A stretch of DNA of 64,000 bases from NCBI GenBank assembly GCA_977017575.1, contig CDRNVI010000194.1, positions 1 to 64,000 on the forward strand. The letters run 5' to 3'. The notes below the pieces were generated by a model. That model worked only from the letters and a program-made list of their open reading frames with translations, searched no databases and was not told the DNA's origin. The DNA is from Paramoeba atlantica (Eukaryota > Protista > Discosea). The position numbers and the translations under genes were made by a program. The number at the start of each line of letters is the position of its first letter. The stretch's first letter is position 1. Shown here in pieces: positions 24,843-37,100 of this stretch.

Positions 24843-25850
24843 ATGGCAGCAACTAAAAAGAAGAGAGGAAAATCATCTCAAGATCAGATGGAATTGATGA
24901 AACAGTTACAAAGTTCTCTGTTGGAAGTTACCTATACAATCACCGAGTTGAAAAATGCCCAAGAGTCAGAAACTCGCGCGAGAAAAGAGAGAGAAGTGAA
25001 AGAAGATGAACAGAGAGAAGAGAGGAAAAGAGAACCTCAAATAATACAAGTTATTGAAAAGAGAGACAACCCTGATTTTGAACAAAAATGGGGCAAGACG
25101 ATTTCAACACTTAACCCTGACACTTTTCTTGACGAGGTCGGTGGTGGCGAATGCGACCTCCCACATGGCCCTTGGGAGGTAATGTATTCAGACTCAGAAA
25201 AGTCTACTATTGAAAAGAAATCGCTCTCGAGGGTCCAAGTCCCAGTATTGCGAGAGGCTACTTGGGACCTGGTGAAAGCTGACCCTTCACTGAAGGCTAA
25301 TGCTGAGGCTGCGAAAGTGGCTATGCAGGCCAACAAAGGAATCTTCAACACCTGGCTCCATTGTATTGACGAGCTCAAACCTTTGTTTGAAGAAGATTCT
25401 GGCAGTGAAGTGAATATTTCGAAGCTTAGAACTCGGATGAATTGTCTCTCTACACTGTTATTGATGAATATGTCCAAACATCATACTGCTTTTGTAAACC
25501 AGGGGTGCAAAGCTATGAAAACTAATTTGATAACTCATCAGGAAAAGATTTACGCTGATGCTGAAGGGGAGAGACTGATTGAAGAATTTCATCATAACAA
25601 ATCCTTGGCTGAAGCAATAGTTACAGGTGTTACAGCCTTTTCAAAAAGAGGTGCTCGGGGGAATGGCCGAAACCAGAAGCCTTATGGCAGACAAAGACAC
25701 AACTCCCATGAAACTGGCTATACCCAGAGTCCCCCTTTTCAGCAGACGGTTACTTTCGATCACAACCAGAGTCGGGGGGGGGTCCCTGGTCAAGGCCAAC
25801 GGGGGAGGGGCCGAGGCCAGAGGGGTTCCAGGATGCTCTCCCACAACTAA
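24843..25850 (+). CDS. DIRS ORF1, gag-like protein
   Basis: Open frame from MAATKKKRGK.. directly inside the left ITR; coiled-coil-like N-terminus and G/R/Q-rich C-terminus. Assigned by position. Confidence 0.75.
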   Translation: MAATKKKRGKSSQDQMELMKQLQSSLLEVTYTITELKNAQESETRARKEREVKEDEQREERKREPQIIQVIEKRDNPDFEQKWGKTISTLNPDTFLDEVGGGECDLPHGPWEVMYSDSEKSTIEKKSLSRVQVPVLREATWDLVKADPSLKANAEAAKVAMQANKGIFNTWLHCIDELKPLFEEDSGSEVNISKLRTRMNCLSTLLLMNMSKHHTAFVNQGCKAMKTNLITHQEKIYADAEGERLIEEFHHNKSLAEAIVTGVTAFSKRGARGNGRNQKPYGRQRHNSHETGYTQSPPFQQTVTFDHNQSRGGVPGQGQRGRGRGQRGSRMLSHN

Positions 25851-27087
25851 GATTCTCGTCACCTCTCTTGAAGGCAGGAAGGATTCAAAAGAAGCGTTTC
25901 CTGGGGGTATGGACGAGCATAACAAGAGACAAGTGGATACTGAAGACCATCCAGCAGGGGGTGAAAATCCAATTATATGCCCAGCCAACTATGCAGCCTG
26001 AGCCAAGAGAATGGGATTGGGCCAGTGCAGACAAAAAAGACTTCGAATGGTTAGAAATGGCCATCTCATACGACGCTATAGAAAGAGTTCCGCTTGAAAA
26101 GCAAGGTCAGTCTGGCGAGGTCATCCACAACCTTGTTTGCAAAGTGAAAAAGGGCAGGATATGCTCAAATGTCAAGACTCTCAACCTGTTAGTCAAGAAG
26201 ATGAATCTCAAAATGCCAAGCCTGAAGGATGTCCAAGCTCAGTTTCAGAAAAACGATTGGATGATAAAACTGGATCTTTCCAAATTCTATTGGGCAACTT
26301 TGATCAAAAGCTCTCACAGGAAATTCTTCTGCTTTTGCATCAACGGGGTCCTTTGGCAATGGAGGGCTCTCCCATTCGAGTTCGTCAACTCAATGCAGAT
26401 CATGGCAAGGATAATGGCCCCAGTTGTGAACAAACTAGCCTCCTTCGGTATTCGAGTTGTGAATTGGGTCGACGACTTTGTACTCCTATTGGGCCCCAAC
26501 AAAGAGACTGCCTTCCAGCAGGCTCAAAAGGTGGTGGACCTTCTCGCTACACTTGGTTTTATTATAAACCAAGACAAGAGCAGTCATTCTCTCACAAAGT
26601 CAGTCCTGTTTCGAGGATTCATTTGGAACACAGTCACCATGAAAATTGATCTTCCTCTAGAGAAAAAGAAAGATTGGCAAACAGCTGCCAGGACAATCAA
26701 CCTGAGTCAGACAAGGGCCAGCGATGTAGCGTCTCTGATCGGGAAAGTTCAATACTCAGCTCAGATATTCACCCACCTGGTAGCCTGGTTGGTGGAACTC
26801 CAAATTGCAAACAATCACACAATAAATGCCAACGGCCAAGGTGCAGTTTATGTCCTTCCAGATGCAGCCAAAGAGGAAGTCTGACATTGGAGAAAAAGAG
26901 ATCATGTCCTTTTAATGCCAATGAATTTCAATGGACCACTTGTAGAAACAATGGGAGACACGGGTCCAATTGGCTACGGTTTCGAATGGTTTGAGGTGAT
27001 TGCAGGCTTATAGACAGTGGAAGAAGCCCAGAGAAGTCCAAATTGGAGGGAAATCCACACATGGTCGCTACAGATTTACCAATACCA

Positions 27088-30000
27088 TGTAAATGGTGGT
27101 TTATTTCGGGTTTCGAGAGTTCAAGGAAAGACACTTGGGGAATTCAAATGAATTGGAAAAAGTGAGAATGAAAAGGAAGAGGGGTGACGCTTGGTGGGTG
27201 ACAACCAATTTCGCCAAAATTGCAAGTCATGGAGTCGAGATTCTATATAAAGTGATGTATATATTTGAATATTACATATTTGGATATTTTCTTATTTACA
27301 CTTCCCCCCTTGCAGAAAAAAGACGAGTCTCCTGGCTCGAGTCAAGAAACGCAAGTTGTTTATCATTCCTCCAAAGATTTGTTCAACGTTTGAGAAGTTG
27401 ATTCGAAAAGTTAGTTCCTCGCAGTTTGTTTGTAGTGATCAGGAGATCAAGTTATTTCAAGTGACAAAAAACCTTTTCAAGGGAAAATCCACTTGTGTTC
27501 TCTGAGGAAACCTTTTCCAAGGTAAAAAACCTCAGGTTGGTGGATCTGCCCACCGATAGCTTTTTCAAGGATTCTTTGCCTCAAGGTATTCTTTTAATTC
27601 CTTTGTACCTTTCAGGTTTTCCTCATCCCACCACTCATGTCGTTTTTGACCAGCAGGTGGTTGGGTTTGGACTCGATATTGATGATATCCATCATAGATT
27701 CTTTCAGAAACAATTTGATATCTCAGACTTTTTTGTCTGGCTCCTGGTGGGAGCTCTTTCTCTTCCAGAGAGTCTTGTTCCTTTTCCTCTTCAACCCTTT
27801 GATAATAAAGTCTTAATTGACTTCCATGAACAGGTGCTGGGAGAATATATCCTGTTTTGAGGTTTTTTACTTTGTAAGTTTGAGGTGTCAAGACCTCTTC
27901 AATTCTATGGACATCATTCTGAGTCCTTGAATTGAATTTCTGGTTAAATTTCTTCTTTGTTGTGTGATTCAGGAGGAGGACTCTATCCCCTGCTGATAAG
28001 ATTTGAGTTTTCTGATTAATGTTATAATCATCAACCCTTTTCTCTTCAGATTCTCTTCGTTTTTCATTTACAAGATCGAAGATTTCAGACATTTTGTCTC
28101 TTACATTAGCCACATATTCATCAGGGCTTACCAGTTCCGGATTTGATGTTCCCAGTGTAATGTCAATTGGGTATGTTGGTATTCGACCAAATTGTAACGT
28201 AAAAGGTTTTTGTTTTGTTACTGAGTGGACTTGGGTGTTGTAAGCAAATTCCACCATCGGAAGAAGCAAATCCCAGTCTCTTTCATATTTTCTTATATAA
28301 GCTCTCATCATATTCTTGACAGGTGAATGGATTGTTTCAACCTTGCCATTTCCTTTATGATTGTGAGGAGATACTTTGGCATGATGTATGCCCCAAATTT
28401 TCATCAATTCTTTTAAGAGTGCCTTTCTGAACTCTGGGCCTCCATCAATCACTATCTCAAGTGGCATTGAATGGATTGTGACGTATTTCAAGAGACATTC
28501 AGCCATCTCTCTTGTGTTTACAGCTTTCAATGGAAAAAGTGTCAAATATCCAGTGAAAGCGTCCACAATTGACAGAATATAGGTATATCCTCTGATATTA
28601 CCCTCAATCCCTTTCATTGAGTTGATATGTATTGTCACATTTGGGTACCCAACATGTGTTGAACCCATTGGTGGTTTTATATATTTTGTTGTTTTTGTTT
28701 TTTGATAAATTTCACAGGTTCAGCAATATTCACTGATATATTGTGTCATTCCTTTAAACCAAAACTTATCCTGCATAGTTTCATAAAGTTTCTGAAACTT
28801 CCTATGCCCTTGATAGTTGTGGAAATGTTTTACTACCTCAAATACCATTGAGTCTGGTAAAACAATTGGGGGTTCACCCGTCTCTGTTGGGATATCCACC
28901 CGACAAAGAGTCCCTGCCTTATTGAGGCAGTAATGTCACCTCTTTTCAAGCAATTTCTGAGCATCCTTCTTGTACTCAGGTATTTCTCTATTCAGAAGTA
29001 AATTTCTCATTCTGCGGCAAAATTGATCCTTCATTTGTTCAGCTTGAACATCAATTGCTCGTTCTCCTCTCCAGTAACATTCTTGGTCCTTTATGACCTA
29101 TTGATTTTCTGAATCATTCTGATTCTCAGATCTGGTGTGGCCAGTACCAGTCTCTGATAATTTTTCCGTTTCTTCTTCTACTGGAAGAGTATGTTCGGGC
29201 ACTGTGTGAATTCTAAGAGGTTCACCTGGTTGTGTGCTTGACCCAAATTCTTCATCTGTCCAAGACTCAGAAATATCAGCACTCTCAGTCCTGCTGGGAA
29301 TCATCTGAAGTTGACCCATCACTACGTCCAGCGCTTTATGTGAAGTTGACCCATCAGCTATCCCAGAAGATCGTCCTTGAAAGAGTCCCTTGCTCCTTCC
29401 TTGAGCAAATTGGCCGCCAAGTTGACCCATGCTATTTGCATGCTGACCCATATTGGCCAATAACTCATTTCCATCTCCAGTGGACTCATCTGCCCTATGA
29501 CAGGATTTTGAGAGAGAACAGAGCCCTAATATTGCCATTTTTGTTTGTTCTTGTGTTGTTTTGTTTTCAACATTACTAACTCCAAGTCTTTCCAGGACTT
29601 CTTTAAGTGGAGTTTGTATATCTTCATCTTGATATGATACATGGTGTGCTCGACTAAGTGTGTCAGGGATAACCAGTGTTTTCCCAGGTCAATGTAAAAT
29701 TCGATTTGCTACTACGGCTATTTTCAGCAGCCATCCACAAATAAGTTTACTCCTTGATGTGCTTGTTGTGGAGTTGCACAATTTGACCAGACTCTGGTGA
29801 TCACTGAAGATCACCACATCTCTTCCCATAATGAATTCTTTGAACTTGTTAATTGCCCAGTAGGCCCCATAACATTCTCATTCTGAATTCGTGTATTTTG
29901 TATGAGTTTTTTGGCAAAGCCAGGCTTGCAAAAGCGACTATTTCGTGCTTTTTTGGTATTCCTGACCTTTTTGGTGCTGGTCTATCAAGAAGATCATCAG

Positions 30001-33000
30001 GGTGTTGTGTCAAAATTGCACCATAACCCTTTTTTGATGCATCCACATGAATGTAAAAGGTTTTCTTGAAATTCAGGTGAACAAGCATAGGTATTTTTGC
30101 AATTGTTTCCTTCATTTCCCGAAATTCATTATCTGCCTCTTTAGTCCATTCAAATGATGATTGTAGGAGTATTTCCCAAAGATGATATGTTTTTTGGGAA
30201 CAATTGTGGATGAATCTCCTGCACCAACTGACTAATCCCAAGAATGATTGTAATTCCTTTTGATTAGCTGGTTGTGGAAAATGTTTTATAGCCTCAACTT
30301 TCTTGTCATTAGCCAAGATTCCATCCTTTGTTGCCGTATACCCAAGTAATGCGAAAGATCTTTGACAAAGCTTCACCTTGTTCAGGTTAATTCACAACTT
30401 GTTTTTCTTTAATCTATCCAGTACTCTTTCTAGTGACTGAACATGTTCCTCAAAGATTTCTGAGAAAATAACTATGTCATCAACATAGTTGACACATATA
30501 TGCCATTGTAAACCAGCAAGTATTGTATCCATGAAATGCTGCTGTGTTGCCGGAGCATTTGTTAATCCAAACAGCATTGAATTCCATTCCCACAGCCCAA
30601 ACTGTGAAGCAAAAGCCGTTTTTTCCTTGTCCTCCTCCCGAATTGGGATTGACCAAAATGCTTCAGTCATATCCAATGTTGAGAAGTATGAAGATCCACC
30701 CAGGTATGACAACACATCATTAATTTTTGGTATTGGATAACTCCATTTCTTAGTCTTTTCATTTAATTCTCTGTAATCCACACAGAATCGAACTTTACTA
30801 TTTGCCTTTGCCACCAACATAATTGGGCTTGCATATGGTGAATTTGACAGTCGGATGACTCTTCTCTTAGCCATCTCTTGAATTTGTTTTTCTTCAATTG
30901 TCCTTTTAACCATGTCCTTTGTTTGATAAGTATGTCTAAAAGGCTCTTGGTCTTTGTCATTGAGTTCAATTCTAAACTCAGTTGCATCTGTGTGCACAAT
31001 TGGAGCATCATTAGGTATGTCCCACATTTCTTTGTATTTCTCAAAGAGTTTACAGAGTTGAATTGTCTGATCAAGATTGAGGTCACTAAGGATAAGGCCA
31101 GTTTTCTTTGCAAACTCCTCATATTCCTCTGGAATCATTTTTTCATCTTCTTCCAGATTTTTCTGACCATCTCTCAACAGAATATTTGCTAAAGAGCATT
31201 GTGCACAAAACGCTATTTCCCCTGAGAATTCCTGATTCCCTTGGTTACACATGTGTTTTGCCATTCCATGGCAGTCCTCTTGAGGCTGTAGTTCTGGATT
31301 GACCAATTTGTCTTTATACATTCCTTTGTCTGATCCCTTTTGGTGAAGTTTTTTTGACAATTGTTCAAAACATTCACCAACTGGTCTTTTGTCAAGAGAT
31401 TTTGCAATGGTTTGTTCTGCATCCTCCTCTGTAACATAAATATGTTTTGCAACTGTTGACCCTTTTTCAAATGAGAATGAGGTATTTCCAATATTCATAA
31501 TCTCAATTTGGCCAATGTATATTTGTCTCACATGATCAAATCTCAGATGTGTCAGGCCTGGCATGACAGTTAAATTTGAATTAAGGCATGAGATTCCCTT
31601 CACATACCCATCTGTATCTGGAATAGGTTTGCCTTTCAGTTTGACCTTGACTGTTGAGATTGATCTTGGATCCAATCTTGTTTGTGTAGTTGTTTTTAAT
31701 TCTCCAATCTCTCCAGGATTGGAAAGGAGTGCCTGAGCATATGCTCCATTTCAGCCTCTGATTACTGGATATCTAATTGTCTCATTATTTATCAATCGTC
31801 GGAATTCGATGTGTCCTTCATCAAAGTCAAGAACAGCACCAACTTTTGACAAAAATGGAGTTCCAAAGATGATATCTGATGAAAGATCATCAAGTACAAC
31901 AAACCAGTGCCTTCTTCTTCCCCCAGAGATGTCAATCTCCAGGAGAACTTCCTCAGTTGGCAATACTGATGATTTGTTGGCCAAGGAGATGTGATTCCCT
32001 CTGTAAGGCCTCCGAAGTTTGGGAATTGCTTTGTTCAGGAATGTTCTTGCTACAACATCTATCCTGCAAGCCCCAGAATCACATAATGCTTGTGTATTGG
32101 TATTATTAACCATGCAAGGAATAGTGAATAATTTGTCTTTTATTTGGCAAATTTCAGGATTTAAGTCTCTGACTAAGTCACCAATAGAGATTGTGAAGCC
32201 TTCTTCACCCATCTTGACCGTCACTTTGTGGTCCTGCTGCCCAATATTATGAGTAAATTCCTTTTTACTCCCAGAAAAAATTGACAAACCATTTCCTTGA
32301 TTTCTGAGCTCATCCAGAGTCATTTTCCCAGTCACCAAATCTTGAAGAGTATTCTCCAATTTTCTCCTCTTTTCTTTCTCCTTCTCTTGAGGGATTTCCC
32401 TTCCTCTTTTCCCTGGAAGTTTCTTATTCCAGTCAGCAGGTTCCATACAATTGTATTTTCGAGCTGCAGACTCACCATAATGAGTCACAGCTTCCTTCCA
32501 GGGATGATCTCCCACAAGTTCAATTTTTCTTTCTGTTACGAATTTTGCAACACTTAACCAAAGGCACTCCAGGCTCTTATGGTCACATCTTCCATGAAGA
32601 AGACAGTATTCCCTTCCAGGGCGGTCAGCAGCTTCCTGTTTCAATTCATCCAGAATGAAACATTTTTTGAGGGAATGACTACCCTGACAAAGGAAGCAGG
32701 TAATGGATCTTTCTTGACCCCTCCCCAGCCTTTCCTTTGTCCTTTGGTATTCGTCTGTTTTCCTCACAGACAATTTGTTCAGACCCCGAGGATTCGCCGC
32801 AACTTGGGTGAACTCAATATCTTCTAAAAAATTTTGGACCAGTTCATTCCAGACTTCTTCCTTCTCAGCCAACTTGTCCCACTTTCCTTGAAAGGCTGGG
32901 TTCTCAAACCTTCTTCCAAAATCCCTCATCGCTTCCTTCACAGCTGGTTTGTCCAATTCAGTATCTTTTGCCTTCAAGAAGAGATGAATATACTCAGAGG

Positions 33001-33739
33001 TGACAAGTTGAAAATTGTCTTCCATTACCTTCTCATCAGGAACTCGAAAAATGTTGAATTTCTTTTCGTCTGAAAGGACTGCATTCTGCCTCCCAAAAGA
33101 GCTATTCAGAGCGAGTAATATATCTCTCGGCAATCCAGCATCCTTCTTCAGTCCCAAGGAGTTCCAACTACCAGCGGGGAGGGTTATTGCAAGTTTGATT
33201 TGACTTCCAAATTCAAGTGTGTTGGGCCAAACATCTTGTTCCAAGTTGCGTTCACCCTGAACATAGAAATGAGTAACTTGCAACAGGTCTTTGAAATCGA
33301 CATTCTTGAGAGCCAGTTTGAGATGACTCTCATGAGACTTGTACGAAGTCTTCCCGACCATCTCCTTCGCCGTAGTATGTTCGTTCTGCCTCATCAATTT
33401 CTCATTTTGCTCCATAAGGAATTGGATTGCTTTCACCATCTCAACAGGCTGTAGCTCCGATCCATCAACTTCACAGAGTCAAATGCTTCTTCGCCAGTTG
33501 TCATAGTTCAAATCAGGTGTCGCCAATGTAAATGGTGGTTTATTTTGGGTTTCGAGAGTTCGAGGAAAGACACTTGGGGAATTCAAATGAATTGGGAAAA
33601 GTGAGAATGAAAAGGAAGAGGGGTGATGCTTGGCGGGTGACAACCAATTTTGCCAAAATTGTGAGTCGCAGAGTCAAGATTCTATATAAAGTGATGTACA
33701 TATTTGAATATTACATATTTGGATATTTCCTTATTTACA
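27088..33739 (-). mobile_element. Ty3/gypsy family B, full length
   Basis: 213-bp LTRs 27088-27300 and 33527-33739 (TGT..ACA), perfect 4-bp TSD ACCA, PBS tggcgacacctga 33513-33525, PPT agggggaag 27301-27309. Confidence 0.97.
27565..33439 (-). pseudogene. B gag-pol polyprotein, interrupted by stops
   Basis: Zinc knuckles CFLCQGSHSLKKC and CLLHGRCDHKSLEC, protease LCDSGA, RT NYVDDIV, RNase H VDASKKGYGA, integrase IDGGPEF/NGKVETIH, degenerate chromodomain (HEWWDEENL). The gag-PR stop at 31751 is an in-frame TGA. Confidence 0.93.
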
Positions 33740-34121
33740 ACCATCTCCATCTTGCAAAGAAAGTATCAGTCTACTCAACTGATTCGGTAGTTGCGGCTTG
33801 TTACATCAGAAAGGTTTATGCAAAGACTCCAGAACTCTCTTGATCAGCAGCAGAAACAGTCAAATTCATGGAAATCCACGAGATCATCCAGATCCCAAGG
33901 ATTGTGTCCCAGGAGGAGATCAAATCAAGCGACATTCTTTCCAGACTCAAGGAGAAGGACGAATTGACCCTATCCAAGGAGTTTCTTGATCAATGGCTGG
34001 CTCGGCATCAGATTCACCCATCGATAGATCTATTTGCATCCCGATTTTCAACAAAGATGATGAGGTTCTACACCAAGATCCCAGATGATCAGTCCCTAGG
34101 GACCAATGCCCTTCTTCATTC

Positions 34122-37100
34122 TTGGAACAACAAGATCCCATACATGTTTCCACCACCAATTCTCCTTTTCCAGACAATCTCAAAATTTCTGGACGAATGC
34201 AAACTTGCAGTCATAGTGTACCCCAGAGACCAATCCAGAAGATGGCACCAGTGGATACCAGAATTAGCTTCCGACACATCAACAATCCCCCAGGGAGCAA
34301 TCACAGACTCTCAAAACGCTCCTATCGACTCTTCAATCTGGAGGATATCAGTGATCCAAAACTCTTGAAGATTGAAGAGGGTTGGTCTGAGGAGGCCATC
34401 GCCATGATCTTTGGTTCAGTTAAGCTCACCACATGGAAGGATAGATCCAAAGTTTGTTCCCAATTCAAGGATTATCTGCATCACCTTCACAAATCCTCCT
34501 TTTCGGAAGTGGACATTGGCAATTTTTTGGCACGAAAATTTACCAGATCGGGTGATCAATTTCGCTCTGCTCGAACTGCCCTATCTACTACTATCTACCT
34601 CAACACTGGTTTTGACTTATCGAAAGAAATCCACTTTTCAAGACAATCGAAAGGGGCCTCTGTATTGAAGCCTAAATCCCCCAAATTCAATGATATGTGG
34701 GACCTCTCAATTCTTATGAAACACATGAATGGTGTTTTCTGGTCTGACAAACCCAATATATCTGCTCGCACCAAGGCAAATGTTCTGCTGCGGATTTCTA
34801 TAGCTGGACGAAATTCAGATGTGGCTCATATTTTCCGGGATTCCATTGTATGGACTGAAGACACGGTATCGTTTCGTTTCTACAAATGGAAAACTAAACA
34901 TGTAGAAAAAGTCAAGCTCTCACGCTGAACACGTCTACTTTGGTACAGACTAAAGGAGGCATGTCAGAAATATGTTGAATGGACAACTGAAGAGCAGTCC
35001 TCAGAAGTCTCACGAAAAAGCGAGAAACTTCCTGATGACATCATCAATGGTGTTCTTTATTTAGATTCACAGAAGGTCGACTTGGAGGAGACCAAGGGTC
35101 GACTTGAAGGAGATTGGGAATTGAGTTGGAGGAGATCAAGAGTTGGATCAAATGAATAGAGCAGAGAGCCAAGTGTCTTCAGAGTAGCGCACATTGCTTG
35201 TGTGCACTCTCCCCGCCCGAGAAGTCCTTCGTTTAGGAGAAACGGAGGTGCTCGAAGAAGAGCTCGAGGAGCTTGAAGAGCTTGAGGACTTGGAAGAGGA
35301 AGAAGGCTTCTTGGTCGATTTAGAGGTTGACGGTTTGGAGGTTTTCGATGACTTAGAGGAAGAGGAAGAGGAAGAAGACTTCTTGGGTGACTTGGAAGTC
35401 GATGATTTGGAGGATGATGACTTAGAAGAAGATGATTTAGAAGGAGGTGGATTCAGAGGGTGTTTCTGATGATACCTTTCAATTTGTTCTGAAGCATCAA
35501 TTTGTGAAACATGGATCCATTCAGCATCGGCCTTTCGGTAGTGTTTGAAATGCACTCGATAATAAAGTTCTCCATTCGAATACTTATGCTTAAGGATTTC
35601 CTTCACTTCAAAATCATAACCATCATCATCTTCAACAATCTCTTCGGGTGCTGGCTCTGAATTAACAATAGATATTTCGTTTGATTCAGGATGCAGAGTA
35701 ATCTCGTACCGAACATGGAGTTTCTTTAAGTTCTGAACGTTTTGGATTTCTGAATTCTTCTCTCGTTTGAGTTCTTGAATCCGGTAACTTCCATTCTTAA
35801 GATCCTCCACAACCACATAAATCTCTTGGTAGTAATAGGGTCTGTACTTCTTCGCAATCTCTTTTCCTTTTGATTTGTTTCTCTTCAACACTTGATCACC
35901 AACCTTCAACACAGTGTATGTTCCTTCATTTGCTTTGTCATATCGTTGTTTTTGTTTCACAGCCACTTTCTCTCTCTCCTCTCGAACCCAATTAATCACA
36001 CCCTCCCTCTCAGTTTGTAGCTTCTTGATGTAGTCATCAATCAGTACCACTGGTTTGTTCACAGAGCCGAAGAGAGAATCAATTGGCATAATTGGATGTC
36101 TCCCAAAGTGAAGATAGAAAGGTGTGTAACCAGTCGAGGAGGAACGAGAAGTATTGAAAGCAAATTCCACAAGAGGTAAGAGAAGGTCCCAATCGTCTGC
36201 ATATTTATCAACAAATGAGCAAATGATTGATTCTGTAACTTTGTGGGAACATTCAACACGGCCGTTACTTTTGGAGTTGTAGGGGGCAATAAAAGTTTGT
36301 TTCATTCCGAGAAGCTGGGTCAGTTCTGCAAAAATTTGATTTGCAAATTCTGAACCATTATCTGTTACTATCCGCAAAGGCATTGAATTAACACAAACAT
36401 ACTGAAGTAAGGCTTCAGCAGAGGCTTCGGCAGAGGGATCTGGAATTGCATACAGACGTATATAGCCACTAAAGTTATCAAGGATAGCCAAAATAAAAGA
36501 ATTCCCACGAGCAGTGACTTTTGGTCCCTTTGTACAATCCAGGTGGAGTAAAATTCCAGGATAAGAAGCCGTATAAGGGTTTAAATCAGATGTCAATGTC
36601 TTTGTTTTCGAGTTGATCGCACAATTAAGGCAGCGGTGATAGTAACCTTTGATTGCAGCACTCATACCAGGAAAATAATAGGAGACAGCAATTGCATCAT
36701 AAAGTCGCTCAAACTTGCAGTGTCCGGAGATTAGATCTGAATGATAAGCGTCAAATACTGTATTCCACAAACTCTGGGGCAGAATTGCAGGTGGGAGACA
36801 ACTGGCAGCTGTAGTTTCATCCACTTTCCTCAAGATTCCGGATTCATCAACCCAGTACTTGTGAGCAGTTCATTGGAGTGCCTGAAGATAGCGCTTCCTC
36901 TTAGGCAAGAGGCCATTAATCAAGTAATTAATAATCATTGAGCAAAACTTATCTTTCCTTTGAGCCTGAGCAAGGTAAGGAAGTTCAACTAAAACCCGAT
37001 CAATGTCATCCGTATCCACTTCAACATTCTCAGAACTTTCTTTTGCTGTGGAAAGTGGCAGAGGCAGTGATCGAATAGGAGGAATGTCACGAATTTCCGG

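Larger units (their letters stand above)
25868..34368 (+). pseudogene. DIRS RT-RNase H-adenine methyltransferase ORF, interrupted by gypsy B
   Basis: RT: KLDLSKFYW, WRALPFEF, NWVDDFVL. RNase H: GDTGPIGYG, NWREIH, STDS, SDILSR. MT-like: IDLFASRF, YMFPPPILL. The frame is preserved after removing B plus one TSD copy. Confidence 0.92.

Noticed and set aside
34000-34170. Adenine methyltransferase as a novel host defence gene
   Set aside because: An MT-like domain after RNase H is an established part of DIRS1 elements.
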